Shown piece after piece: positions 38,147 through 47,776 of a stretch of DNA of 64,000 bases. Source of the stretch: Dehalococcoidia bacterium. Its GTDB lineage: Bacteria > Chloroflexota > Dehalococcoidia > DSTF01 > JACRBR01. A program made the translations under genes and the position numbers. The DNA lies in the NCBI GenBank assembly GCA_015478665.1, contig JADMII010000001.1, positions 183,537 to 247,536 of the forward strand, read 5' to 3'. Under the pieces are notes generated by a model. The model was not told the origin of the DNA. It searched no databases and saw only the letters and a list, made by a program, of their open reading frames with translations. Numbering within the stretch: position 1 is the first letter of the stretch; the number at the start of each line of letters is the position of its first letter.

Positions 38147-39958
38147 ATGCTGAAGACGGCGTACTGCGGCGACCTGCGCGAATCGGACGAAGGCCTCGAC
38201 GTCGTGCTCGCCGGCTGGGTGCATCGCCGCCGCGACCACGGCGCCCTGATCTTCATCGACCTTCGCGACAGCCGCGGCATCATCCAGGTCGTCTTCGACC
38301 CGAAGCAGGCGCCACAGGCGCATGCCGTGGCCAGCGAGGCGCGCGTGGAGTACGTGCTGCAGGTGGAGGGGCGCGTGCGGCGTCGCCGCGCCGGCACGGA
38401 GAACGCCAGCCTGGCGACGGGCGCGGTCGAGGTGCAGGCGACGTCGGCGCAGATCCTCAACAGCGCGAAAACGCCGCCGTTCTACATCAACGAGGACGTC
38501 GACGTCGACGAGACGCTGCGCCTGCGCTACCGCTACCTCGACCTGCGCCGGCAGCGGATGCATGGGAACATCGTCCTCCGCCACCTCGTGACCCGGAAGA
38601 TCCGCGGTTACCTCGCCGAGCGGGGCTTCGTCGAGATCGAGACGCCGGTGCTCGCCAACCCGACGCCCGAGGGCTCGCGCGACTACCTCGTGCCCAGCCG
38701 CATCAACCCCGGCAACTTCTACGCGCTGCCGCAGTCGCCGCAGCAGTTCAAGCAGCTGCTGATGGTCGCCGGCTTCGAGCGCTACTTCCAGATCGCCCGC
38801 TGCTACCGCGATGAGGACCTCCGCGCCGACCGCCAGCCGGAGTTCAGCCAGCTCGACCTCGAGATGTCATTCGCGGGACAGGAGGACATCCTGCAGCTGA
38901 TCGAGCAGCTCTACATCGAGATCGGCCGCGAGCTGCGACCGGACCTGAACATCCCTGTACCCTTCGCGCGCCTGTCGTACGAGGAGGCGATGCGCCGCTT
39001 CGGCTCGGACAAGCCGGACCTGCGCTACGGCCTCGAGCTCGTCGACCTGACGAACGCCGTGCGCGGCACGCCGTTCCTCGTGTTCAAGTCGGCGACGGAC
39101 AGCGGCGGCACGGTCGAGGGCATCGTCGTCCCCGGCGGCGCCGCCTTCAGCCGCAAGGAGATCGACGCCCTCACAGAGACGGTGAAGACGTACGGCGCCA
39201 GGGGCCTCGTCTCCATCGCCTACCTCGCCGACCCGGCGAACGCGGGCGAAGAGCAGCTGCGCTCGCCCGTGCTGAAATTCCTCGGCGCCGACCACGCGCG
39301 CGCGCTTGGCCGAGTCGCCGGCGCGCGCGCGGGCGACCTGCTGCTGATCGTCGCGGGCGTCGGCGGCGCGCCGGCGAAGGACGCCGGCTCGTCCGGGCGC
39401 GTCAAGCCGGCGCTCGACGCGCTGCGCCGTGCGCTGGCCGCGAAGCTCGGGCTGGCCGACCCGAACACGCTGCAGTTCTGCTGGATCCTCGAATTCCCGC
39501 TCTTCGAGTGGAGCGACGAGGACGAGCGCTACTACAGCGTCACGCATCCCTTCACCGCGCCGCTCGACGCCGACCGCGAGTTCGCCGCCGACCCCGGCGC
39601 CGCCCACTCGCAGTCGCACGACCTGACCTGTAACGGCCAGGAGATCGGCGGCGGCAGCATTCGCATCTACCAACGGTCGCTGCAGGCGGAGGTCTTCCGG
39701 GCGCTGAGTCTCAGCGACGAGGAGACGCGCGAGCGCTTCTCGCACATGCTCGAGGCGTTCGAGTTCGGCGCGCCGCCGCACGGCGGCATCGCGATGGGCC
39801 TCGACCGCACCCTCGCCCTCTTCGCGCAGGACGACGACATCCGCAACGTCATCGCCTTCCCGAAGACGAAGAGCGCCTCCGACCCGATGACCGGCGCGCC
39901 GCTCCCCGTCGACCCCGCCCAACTCGACGAGCTCGGGCTGCGCTTGAAGGATCCGTAG
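38147..39958 (+). CDS. aspS: Aspartyl-tRNA synthetase
   Basis: OB-fold N-terminal domain (VVLAGWVHRRRDHGALIFIDLRD), class II motifs and a GAD insertion domain. ATG at 38147. Confidence 0.9.
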   Translation: MLKTAYCGDLRESDEGLDVVLAGWVHRRRDHGALIFIDLRDSRGIIQVVFDPKQAPQAHAVASEARVEYVLQVEGRVRRRRAGTENASLATGAVEVQATSAQILNSAKTPPFYINEDVDVDETLRLRYRYLDLRRQRMHGNIVLRHLVTRKIRGYLAERGFVEIETPVLANPTPEGSRDYLVPSRINPGNFYALPQSPQQFKQLLMVAGFERYFQIARCYRDEDLRADRQPEFSQLDLEMSFAGQEDILQLIEQLYIEIGRELRPDLNIPVPFARLSYEEAMRRFGSDKPDLRYGLELVDLTNAVRGTPFLVFKSATDSGGTVEGIVVPGGAAFSRKEIDALTETVKTYGARGLVSIAYLADPANAGEEQLRSPVLKFLGADHARALGRVAGARAGDLLLIVAGVGGAPAKDAGSSGRVKPALDALRRALAAKLGLADPNTLQFCWILEFPLFEWSDEDERYYSVTHPFTAPLDADREFAADPGAAHSQSHDLTCNGQEIGGGSIRIYQRSLQAEVFRALSLSDEETRERFSHMLEAFEFGAPPHGGIAMGLDRTLALFAQDDDIRNVIAFPKTKSASDPMTGAPLPVDPAQLDELGLRLKDP

Positions 39959-40132
39959 GCGCGCGCACTGCCACCTGCCAACTCTCGACCGGCGTGCCGG
40001 TGGCAGTAACTCGCGCCGACGACGATGGTGCGCCCGTCGAGCACCTCGACGCGGCCGGCGCAGTTGTGGTGCGGACGACGATGGCCGGCGCCAGCGCCAC
40101 TGCGACGGATGCTCACATCCCGCTGGCCGCGA

Positions 40133-40645
40133 TCAGCCGGAGTAGGTCCAGCCGAGGTCGTCGTCGCGCAGCGGGCGGCCGGCGTTGATCTGGCCGCCGT
40201 CCGTGATGCGGGCAACGATGAGGGTGTGGTCGCCGGTGGGCAGGCCGCCTTCGACTTCGCACTCGAACCAGGCGAGCGCCGCCTGCAGGATCGGGCAGCC
40301 GGCGGTCATCGTCGCGTGCGGGACGCCATCGAGCTTGTTCAGCGGCGCGACGCGTCCGTTGTGGCGGCCCTGCACCTTCGTCGGCAGTTGCGGCTGCAGA
40401 AACGATGCGATGAGCTCCATGCTGTCTTCGCCCATGACGTTGACGCTGAAGACGCGCGACTCGCGGATGTTCGCCAGCGTCCGCGCGTCGTTCTCGAGCG
40501 CGAGGGCGACCATGCGCGGCTTGAAGGAGATCTGCATCAGCCAGTGGGCGGCCATGACGTTGAGGCCCGCCGGGCCGCGCGAACCGACAACGTACATGCC
40601 GTAGTTCATCATGTCGAGCGCGATGCGGGAGTCGTCTTCGGCCAT
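40133..40645 (-). CDS. Flavin reductase family protein (FMN-binding split barrel)
   Basis: GMYVVGSR...AHWLMQISFKP pattern typical of NAD(P)H-flavin reductases. 170 aa from the ATG at 40645. Confidence 0.7.
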   Translation of the reverse strand: MAEDDSRIALDMMNYGMYVVGSRGPAGLNVMAAHWLMQISFKPRMVALALENDARTLANIRESRVFSVNVMGEDSMELIASFLQPQLPTKVQGRHNGRVAPLNKLDGVPHATMTAGCPILQAALAWFECEVEGGLPTGDHTLIVARITDGGQINAGRPLRDDDLGWTYSG

Positions 40646-40768
40646 CGGACATGTCTCCAAGTGTGTTCCGATTGTATCGGGTTCGCGCCGGATCTTCGGG
40701 CGAACGCCAGTCGACGAGGCCTTGACAGGACCGGCGGATCCGTTCGATACTTTCCTCGGAGCAAAATA

Positions 40769-40783
40769 TTCGTGCGTCACGAA
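40769..40783. promoter_or_regulatory. Perfect palindrome TTCGTGcgtCACGAA (candidate operator) overlapping an AATATT -10-like element, 27 bp upstream of the P450 start
   Basis: Read directly in the sequence. 6-bp arms with a 3-bp spacer, in the divergent flavin reductase / P450 intergenic region. Confidence 0.35.
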
Positions 40784-40809
40784 GTAGGTGACGGGCAGGA
40801 GCGCTACCC

Positions 40810-41997
40810 ATGACGCAGGCAGAGGCCGGCGCGGAGTTCTCGCTGTTCGACGACGGGACGATGGGGGCGAACCCGTACCCGGCGTTCGCGGCGCTGCGGG
40901 CGAACGCGCCGGTGATGAAGATCGGCACGGCGGGGCTGTGGGCGGTCTCGCGCTACGACGACGTGCTGCGCGTGCTGCGCGACCCGGCGACGTTCTCGTC
41001 GGAAGTGAGCATCGACGTCCTCGCGGGCGAGCCGGCGCGGCCGAGCATGATCTTCAACGACCCGCCCGTGCACACGCGCCTGCGTGGACTGCTCGCCCGC
41101 GCGTTCACGCCGCGCATGGTGGAGCTGCAGCGGCCGGCGGTGCAGGCGTACTGCGACGATCTCGTCGCCGCGCTGCTGGCGCAGGAGGAGGCGGACATCG
41201 TCGCCGGGCTGGCGTATCCGCTGCCGGTGATGGTGATCGCGAACATGCTCGGCGTCGGGGACGGCGACCTGGCGACGTTCAAGCGCTGGTCCGATGCGAT
41301 CATCCAGAACGTCGGGGTGCTGCTGATGATGGGCGACGACGGTTCGCTCGACGGGATCAACCGGGAGTTCGACCGGTACTTCAAGGCGCGGCTCGACAAG
41401 CTGCGCGCCGAGCCTGAAGACAATCTGCTGAGCGGACTGGTGCATGCGGAGACGGACGACGGCACGCTCGGCGAAGAGGATCTGCTGCTGATCTGCCGGC
41501 TGCTGCTCGTCGCCGGCAACGAGACGACGACCGGGCTGATCGTCAACTCGGTGCGCGTCTTCTCGGAGTTCCCGCACGTCGTTACGGAGCTGCGCGCGCG
41601 TCCGGAACTGCTCGAGAGCGCGATCGAAGAGGTGCTGCGCTACTACGCGCCGTTCGCCGCCACCTTCCGTCGGGCGACGCGCGACGTCGAGATCGGCGGC
41701 GTGACGATCCCGCGCAACGACCGCGTGATCCCGCTGATGGCTTCGGCGAACCGCGACGAGCAGCAGTTCCAGCGGCCGGACGAGTTCATCATCGACCGCG
41801 ATCCGAACCGGCACGTCGCGTTCGGCATGGGCATCCACTACTGCCTCGGAGCGCCGCTCGCCCGCATGGAGGGCGAGATCGCGCTACGGACGCTGCTGCC
41901 GCAGATCCGAGGGCTCCAGATCAGCCGCGAGCCCGACGCGGCGGCGCTGCTGCGGCCCGGCGGGCCGGATACGCTCTTCGTGCGGTTCGAGCGCTGA
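40810..41997 (+). CDS. Cytochrome P450
   Basis: Heme-binding loop FGMGIHYCLGAPLA, an EVLR (ExxR) motif and an I-helix AGNETT. Confidence 0.85.
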   Translation: MTQAEAGAEFSLFDDGTMGANPYPAFAALRANAPVMKIGTAGLWAVSRYDDVLRVLRDPATFSSEVSIDVLAGEPARPSMIFNDPPVHTRLRGLLARAFTPRMVELQRPAVQAYCDDLVAALLAQEEADIVAGLAYPLPVMVIANMLGVGDGDLATFKRWSDAIIQNVGVLLMMGDDGSLDGINREFDRYFKARLDKLRAEPEDNLLSGLVHAETDDGTLGEEDLLLICRLLLVAGNETTTGLIVNSVRVFSEFPHVVTELRARPELLESAIEEVLRYYAPFAATFRRATRDVEIGGVTIPRNDRVIPLMASANRDEQQFQRPDEFIIDRDPNRHVAFGMGIHYCLGAPLARMEGEIALRTLLPQIRGLQISREPDAAALLRPGGPDTLFVRFER

Positions 41998-42086
41998 ACC
42001 GAAGCGCTCGAACCGCCGCGGCATGCCGCCTCGTCCGCCGCGGGCTGCCGCCATCCGCTGAAAGAAGTCCGGCCGATCGTCCGCCA

Positions 42087-43094
42087 TCAGGCGTTCGGCG
42101 CGAGTTGGCGCAGCATCTCGAGCGACTGGCGCGCGCGGTCGGCGGGGTCGCCGGACGCCGGCAGGAAGTTCAGTACCGGTACCGTGACGCCGGCATCGAC
42201 GTACGCCTGAATCTTGCGACGGCATGTCTCGGCGTCCCCGGAGACCAGCAGGTCGTCGATGGTCTGACGCGGGATGGCGGCGGTCGCGGCCTTGCGGTCG
42301 CCGGCGTCCCAGGCGTCCCACATCGGCCGCAGGATCTCGCCGCGGCCGAGCCATTCGTGGAACTTGGCGTACACCGGCACCGTCAGGTAGCCGGCGATCG
42401 CCCTGCGGCCGAGGAAGTCGACCAGCGCTGCGTCGGTCGACAGGCAGACGAAGATGCGGCAGACGACCTCGAGCTGCGACGGGTCCTTGCCGGCGCGCTC
42501 GGCGCCGCTGCGGGCGGCGGCGACGGCCTTCGGCACATCGCGTGCGCCGAGCCAGTTGATGATCGCGCCATCGGACGCGGCGCCGGCAAGCGCCAGCATC
42601 TTCTCTCGCAGGGCGGCGATGTAGAGCTTCGGCGGCGGCGCAAGCGCGCGACGCGAGAGGCGCATGCCGTCGACCCCGAGCGTCGGCAGGCGTTCGCTCA
42701 CCTTCTCGCCGGCGAAGGCGCGCGTGAGGAGCCACGCCATGTCGCGCACGCGGCCGTACGGGCGCTCGAACGGCACTCCGTTCCAGCGCTCGACGATGAC
42801 GGAAGAGCCGGAGCCGATGCCGAGCGCCATGCGGCCCGGCGCCGCCTCGGCGATCGCCATCGCGGACATGGCGAGCGTCAGCGGCGAGCGGGTGTAGACG
42901 TTGGCGATCGCCGTGCCGAGCTGCAGGCGCTCCGTCCAGACGGCGGCGAGCGCGAGCGGAGAGAAGCAGTCGACGCCATCGACCTCGTACGACCAGGCGT
43001 CCGTGTAGCCGAGGCGCTCGGCCTCCTGCAGCGCCTCCTTGTGCGCGGCGAGGGGGAGGCCGTCGAAGGGGAACGTGAAGCCGAATCTGACCAT
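42087..43094 (-). CDS. LLM-class F420-dependent (luciferase-like) oxidoreductase
   Basis: Luciferase-like monooxygenase fold pattern (MVRFGFTFPF..., IGSGSSVIVERWNGVPFERP). Confidence 0.75.
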   Translation of the reverse strand: MVRFGFTFPFDGLPLAAHKEALQEAERLGYTDAWSYEVDGVDCFSPLALAAVWTERLQLGTAIANVYTRSPLTLAMSAMAIAEAAPGRMALGIGSGSSVIVERWNGVPFERPYGRVRDMAWLLTRAFAGEKVSERLPTLGVDGMRLSRRALAPPPKLYIAALREKMLALAGAASDGAIINWLGARDVPKAVAAARSGAERAGKDPSQLEVVCRIFVCLSTDAALVDFLGRRAIAGYLTVPVYAKFHEWLGRGEILRPMWDAWDAGDRKAATAAIPRQTIDDLLVSGDAETCRRKIQAYVDAGVTVPVLNFLPASGDPADRARQSLEMLRQLAPNA

Positions 43095-43229
43095 GCGCGC
43101 ATGATCGACGATGGGGCTGGTTGGCGGAAGGGCGGCGTCCGGACGTGGTGCGTGCCGGTCGAACGGCTGGGGCGGCCGACAGGACGCGCAGCCGGTCGTT
43201 CGATCTGTTGGCCGGCGGACCGACGTGGG

Positions 43230-44804
43230 CTACCCGAGTCCCTCGGCGATGAACGGGTCGAGGAGCGGGAACGTGTGGAGGAAGGCGATGCGCTCGGCCT
43301 TGAGCTTCGCCACCTGCGCGCGGTAGTCGTCGAGGCGGCCGAGCGCCACGTAGCGGGCGCGCGGGTGGAGCAGGTCTTCGTCATCGTGCGCGATACCGGG
43401 GATGTGCGCCGGCAGCTGGTAGCCGAAGTCCGGGTCGTCGTCCCACTCGACGCCGCCCTCGGCGATCGCCTGCACGCACGCCGATGAGTGCGCGACCTTC
43501 ACCTTCTTCGAGCCGGGGCCGGACTGCTCGACGACCCAGCCCGTGTTCATCACGTAGACATCGACCGGGTGCGCGCGCAGGAGGTCGAGGAAGCGGTTGC
43601 CCTGCAGGGCGTTCGGCATCGGGAAGAACGGGTTGGTGCCGGGGACGCGCAGCGCCTTGCCGGCCTCGGCGGCGCCGCCGGCGCTCGTGCCCTGCGTCTC
43701 GCCGAGCATGAAGTACGCCGCCGCCTGCTGCATCGTCAGGCGCGCGATCGCCGGGACGACGCTCGTCGCGCGATTGAGGATGACGATGGCGCTGACGGGC
43801 GGGATCGTGCGGGCGTCCTCGAAGCGGCCGAGCGCCGAGAGCGGGAAGACGGCGCGGCCGTTCTGTGTGAAGGACTCGTTGAAGAAGTCGAGCGTGCCGT
43901 CGTCGTTGCGGTAGACGTTCTCGAGGTAGGCGCCGGAGCTGATCGTCGCCCGGTAGATCTCGGGCTCGGTCTCCTCGCTGAGGGCGAAGGTCTTCGCGAA
44001 GCAGCCGTCCTCGCTGCCGTGGACGCGGCCATCGGGCATCCAGGCGATGAAGTCGTCCTGCACCGGCTTCGCGCCGCCCGTCGCCTGGAAGGTGGTCGTC
44101 GTCTTGCCGGTGCCGGAGAGGCCGATGATGACGATCGTCTTCATGGCGCCGGCGACGGGGATCACCTTGCAGCCGGCGTGCATCGCCAGACCGCCCATCG
44201 TGTAGACGATCGTGTTCCACATCCGCAGGCCGCCCTTCTTCGACTCGCCGAAGTAGTCGGAGTTGAGGACGCGCGTGACGCCGCGGTCGAGGTCGACGGC
44301 GATGCAGCGGTCGTTGGGGAATCCCGGGGCGACGAGGTTCGGCGTGTCGATCACCGTCACCTCCGGCTCTCCGGCCGTCCGCTTGTCGAAGTAGAGGTAC
44401 TTCTGCATGCCGGCGACGTTGGCGTTGCGGCGCTCGATGATCAGCCGCGCCGGCGTCCGCACTTCGGGCGCGTTCGAGATCTCGCCGTCGATGACGATCA
44501 TCTCCTGCTCGCGGACGTAGGCGTCCTGGCGGCCGGCGACGGCGTCGTACTCGGCACGGGTCATCGTCTGCAGGCCGCGGAAGCTGTCCGGGTCGTCGGT
44601 GACGATGTAGGTGCTGGCGCTGCTCCGCGCGTCGACGCGCGTGAAGACGTCGGCGCTGCCGTAGACGGTGCGCTTCGCGTTCGGCATCTCCGCGGTGAGA
44701 CGAGCGAGTTCGTCGTACGACGGGTTATCGATGAAGGCGCGGGCTTCGAGCTCGTACGAGCGCGTCTGAAGCGAGACGACGGTGCACCTCCTCGCTAACC
44801 CCAC
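43230..44804 (-). CDS. pckA: Phosphoenolpyruvate carboxykinase (ATP)
   Basis: Kinase-1a loop IGLSGTGKTTTTF and an N-terminus with ELEARAFIDNPSYDELARL, matching the PEPCK-ATP family. Start uncertain (GTG at 44804 or 44810; no in-frame ATG nearby). Confidence 0.75.
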   Translation of the reverse strand: MGLARRCTVVSLQTRSYELEARAFIDNPSYDELARLTAEMPNAKRTVYGSADVFTRVDARSSASTYIVTDDPDSFRGLQTMTRAEYDAVAGRQDAYVREQEMIVIDGEISNAPEVRTPARLIIERRNANVAGMQKYLYFDKRTAGEPEVTVIDTPNLVAPGFPNDRCIAVDLDRGVTRVLNSDYFGESKKGGLRMWNTIVYTMGGLAMHAGCKVIPVAGAMKTIVIIGLSGTGKTTTTFQATGGAKPVQDDFIAWMPDGRVHGSEDGCFAKTFALSEETEPEIYRATISSGAYLENVYRNDDGTLDFFNESFTQNGRAVFPLSALGRFEDARTIPPVSAIVILNRATSVVPAIARLTMQQAAAYFMLGETQGTSAGGAAEAGKALRVPGTNPFFPMPNALQGNRFLDLLRAHPVDVYVMNTGWVVEQSGPGSKKVKVAHSSACVQAIAEGGVEWDDDPDFGYQLPAHIPGIAHDDEDLLHPRARYVALGRLDDYRAQVAKLKAERIAFLHTFPLLDPFIAEGLG

Positions 44805-44904
44805 GCCCACTATCGATCGCACCGCTGTAGATGTCCACCGGAGGCGGCTGTGACGGGGCAGACGATGTGAGAGGTGCGAGGTGAGAATGCGGACCTGATC
44901 GCGG

Positions 44905-45414
44905 TCAGGAGTCGCCGTGCCAGCGGTTGTGGTGGGCGTAGTCGTCCCACGGAAGCCGGGCGGCTTCCGGCACGGACTTCGGCGGACGGGCGCGGTAGCC
45001 GAAGCCGACCGCGACGGGCACGCCGGCGTCCCCGGGCAGGCCCAGCGCCTCGACGGCGCACGTCTGTCGATGGAGCGAGATCGGGCAGGAGCCGACATCC
45101 TCGGCCCAGGCGGCGACCATCATGTTCTGCGCCGCGCGGCCGGCATCGAACTCCGCCCGCGTGCCGCCGATGACGGCGATGGCGACGACGAGCGGCGCCT
45201 GCGGGATCCAGGTGGCGAAGTCGCCACAGGCGGCGAACTCCTCCTTCACGCGCTGGTCGTCGATGATCACGAAGCGGCACGGCTGCGTGTTCTTCGAGCT
45301 GCCAGCCATGCGGCCGGCCTGCACGATGCGGCGGACGACGTCATCGGGCACCGGCTTCTCGAGGAAGGCGCGCGTGTCGCGCTTGCTGATGATCGTGTGG
45401 TAGGTATCCATCAT
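44905..45414 (-). CDS. Nitroreductase family protein
   Basis: HTIISKRDTRAFLEKPVPDDVVRRIVQAGRMAGSSKNTQPCRFVII, a classic NADH oxidase/nitroreductase N-terminus. Confidence 0.7.
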   Translation of the reverse strand: MMDTYHTIISKRDTRAFLEKPVPDDVVRRIVQAGRMAGSSKNTQPCRFVIIDDQRVKEEFAACGDFATWIPQAPLVVAIAVIGGTRAEFDAGRAAQNMMVAAWAEDVGSCPISLHRQTCAVEALGLPGDAGVPVAVGFGYRARPPKSVPEAARLPWDDYAHHNRWHGDS

Positions 45415-45577
45415 GACTCCTTCGAGGCGGTGACCGCTGACGGCGTGCAGCGCATACTACCGTGAGGGAGGGGCGATGGGGGCGCGAGGTGGCAGGCGAG
45501 AGGTGGGAAGTGCGCCGTGAGGAGCGAGGAGTGAGGGGCTCGAATGAAACAGCCTGTCTGATAACGGCGAGGGCTCT

Positions 45578-46306
45578 GTGTTTCTGATTACCGGCTGCGG
45601 GCGTTCGGGGACGAGCGCCGTGGCGAAGCTGCTGGATCGCGCGGGCGTGAGCGTCGGACGCCAGCTGATCGCCGGCGATGCGGCGAACCCGGACGGCTAC
45701 TTCGAAGAGCAGGCTGTGGTGGTGCTCAACGACGAGATCCTGGCACGCGCAGGGCTCTTCGCACCGTTCAGCATGGCGACGCGCGCCGAGGTACGGACGG
45801 CGGCGCGCCCGTACACCGACGAGATGCGCGCGCTGGCGGCCTCGGCGACGCCGGCGTGGAAGGACCCTCGCTTCTCCTGGACGCTCGAAGCGTGGCTCGC
45901 CGTGCTGCCGGAAGCGCCGCGGCTCATCGTCTGCCTGCGCAGCCCGGCGGAGGTGGCCGCGTCGACGCTGCGCTACTTCGGCCGCGGCGACGACGCCGAG
46001 GCGACCGCTGCGGCGCTGCATCTCTGGCGCGCGCAGTACGAGCGGCTGATCGAAGTGATCGAGGCATACCGGCTGCAGGCGCTCTGTGTCGAGTACGGCC
46101 GCCTGCACGCGGGCGATGCCGCGACGGTCGCCGCTCTCGCCGGATTCGTCGGCTGCGCGCTCGACGCTGCCGGCGTGCGGCGCGAGTTGCGGCACCACGT
46201 GCTGGCGGTCGAGCCGGGGCTGCAGCCGCTCTACGATCGCGTCAGGGCGCTCCGGCCGGGGCGGACGGCGGCGGCGCGGACGGACGCCGGCGCACCGTCA
46301 GCGTGA
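45578..46306 (+). CDS. Sulfotransferase family protein
   Basis: 5'-PSB-like loop ITGCGRSGTSAV. GTG start. The C-terminal 65 nt overlap the convergent NfeD gene, so the exact end is uncertain. Confidence 0.5.
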   Translation: MFLITGCGRSGTSAVAKLLDRAGVSVGRQLIAGDAANPDGYFEEQAVVVLNDEILARAGLFAPFSMATRAEVRTAARPYTDEMRALAASATPAWKDPRFSWTLEAWLAVLPEAPRLIVCLRSPAEVAASTLRYFGRGDDAEATAAALHLWRAQYERLIEVIEAYRLQALCVEYGRLHAGDAATVAALAGFVGCALDAAGVRRELRHHVLAVEPGLQPLYDRVRALRPGRTAAARTDAGAPSA

Positions 46307-47630
46307 GGCCGCGCACGGCGGTGACGACGACGTGCTCGCCGCGGCGCACCGGCGCATCTTCCGCAACAGCCTGCCAGCGCTCGCCTTCGACGAAGACGAA
46401 TCCCCGCGGCGCCAGGTCGGAGCGGGCGACGGCGAGGCGGCCGATCAGCGTCTCGATGCCGACGGCCGGCGGCAGGCGCCGCGCGCGCAGCAGGGCGCCG
46501 ACGAACAGCAGGAAGAACGCCGCGACGACGGCGCCCGTCGTGACGACGAGCCAGCGCGATACCTGGAAGTCCGGGTTGCTGCTCGATGTGAGGATCAGTC
46601 CGCCGGCGATCAGCGACACGGCGCCACCGACGCCGAGCGCGCCGAAGCCGCCGACGTACACCTCCATCGCGAACAGCACGAAGGCGAGGCCGATCAGGCC
46701 GACGCCCGCCCAGTTCACCGGCAGCGTGCCGAGCACGAACAACGCGAGGATCAGCGAGATGACGCCGAAGACGCCCGGGAAGAAGACCCCGGGGTGGACG
46801 AGCTCGATCAGCAGGCCGAGGCCGCCAAGGCTGAGCAGCAGGAAGGCGATGTTCGGGTCGCTGAGCACGTTCAGCACGCGCTCGAGGAACGTCAGGTTGT
46901 CCTCGACGCGCGGCGCAAATTCCAGCCCGGTCAGCGTCAGCGAGCGCTGCCCGACGCGCACCGTGCGGCCATCCGCCTTCTGCAGCAGCTGGTCGATACT
47001 GTCGGCCTGGTAGTCGACGATGCGCTTCTGCACCGCCTCACTCACCGGCGCAGAGACGCTCTGGCGGACGGCCGCCTCCGCCCAGTCGGCGTTGCGCCCA
47101 CGCGCCTCGGCGATGGCGCGCGCCTTCGCGGCGGCGTCGTTCTCGACCTTCGTGCCGAGCGTGCCCGTGATATCGCCACCGCCCGCCGCAACCGGGTGCG
47201 CGGCGCCGATCTCCGTGCCGGGCGCCATCGCCGCGACGTGCGCGGACATCGTGATGAAGGTGCCGGCGGAGGCGGCGCGGCCGCCGCTGGGCGAGACGTA
47301 GACGATCACCGGCACCTTCGCCGCCTGGATGCGCTGGACGATCTTGTCCATCGAGTCCGAGAGCCCGCCGGGCGTGTCGAGCTTGATGACGACGGCCTTC
47401 GCGTTGTTGCGCTCGGCATCGCCGATGCCGCGGTCGATGTAGCGCTGCATGACCGGGTTGACTTCGAAATTGGCGGTGAGGATGTAGACCGCACCCCGGC
47501 TGCCGGTGCGCTGCGCGCAGGCGCCGGTGAGACCGGCGGCGAGCAGGAACGCCGCGGCGAGCAGCCGCAGGCGCTGCCTGTTGGCGCTCGTGCGCGGATA
47601 CCTCAGCCGGCGTTCCATGGCGTTCCTCAC
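46242..47630 (-). CDS. NfeD family membrane-bound serine protease (ClpP-class N-domain + TM + OB-fold C-domain)
   Basis: ClpP/SppA-like region (VVIKLDTPGGLSDSMDKIV...YVSPSGGRAASAGTFI), multiple TM helices and a C-terminal OB-fold-like tail. 462 aa. Confidence 0.75.
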   Translation of the reverse strand: MRNAMERRLRYPRTSANRQRLRLLAAAFLLAAGLTGACAQRTGSRGAVYILTANFEVNPVMQRYIDRGIGDAERNNAKAVVIKLDTPGGLSDSMDKIVQRIQAAKVPVIVYVSPSGGRAASAGTFITMSAHVAAMAPGTEIGAAHPVAAGGGDITGTLGTKVENDAAAKARAIAEARGRNADWAEAAVRQSVSAPVSEAVQKRIVDYQADSIDQLLQKADGRTVRVGQRSLTLTGLEFAPRVEDNLTFLERVLNVLSDPNIAFLLLSLGGLGLLIELVHPGVFFPGVFGVISLILALFVLGTLPVNWAGVGLIGLAFVLFAMEVYVGGFGALGVGGAVSLIAGGLILTSSSNPDFQVSRWLVVTTGAVVAAFFLLFVGALLRARRLPPAVGIETLIGRLAVARSDLAPRGFVFVEGERWQAVAEDAPVRRGEHVVVTAVRGLTLTVRRRPSAPPPSAPAGAP

Positions 47631-47776
47631 GACATTGTTGCCGCGCCGTTATGGAAACAGCAATCCGTTCGACGACCTGCCACCCGTCTCGCCCGATACG
47701 TGTCTCTCCCGATGCGCGGCAGCCCGTCGCAGGGGGTTCGGTGACACAAAGCCCTTCCGGCGGGCGGGCAAGAGCA

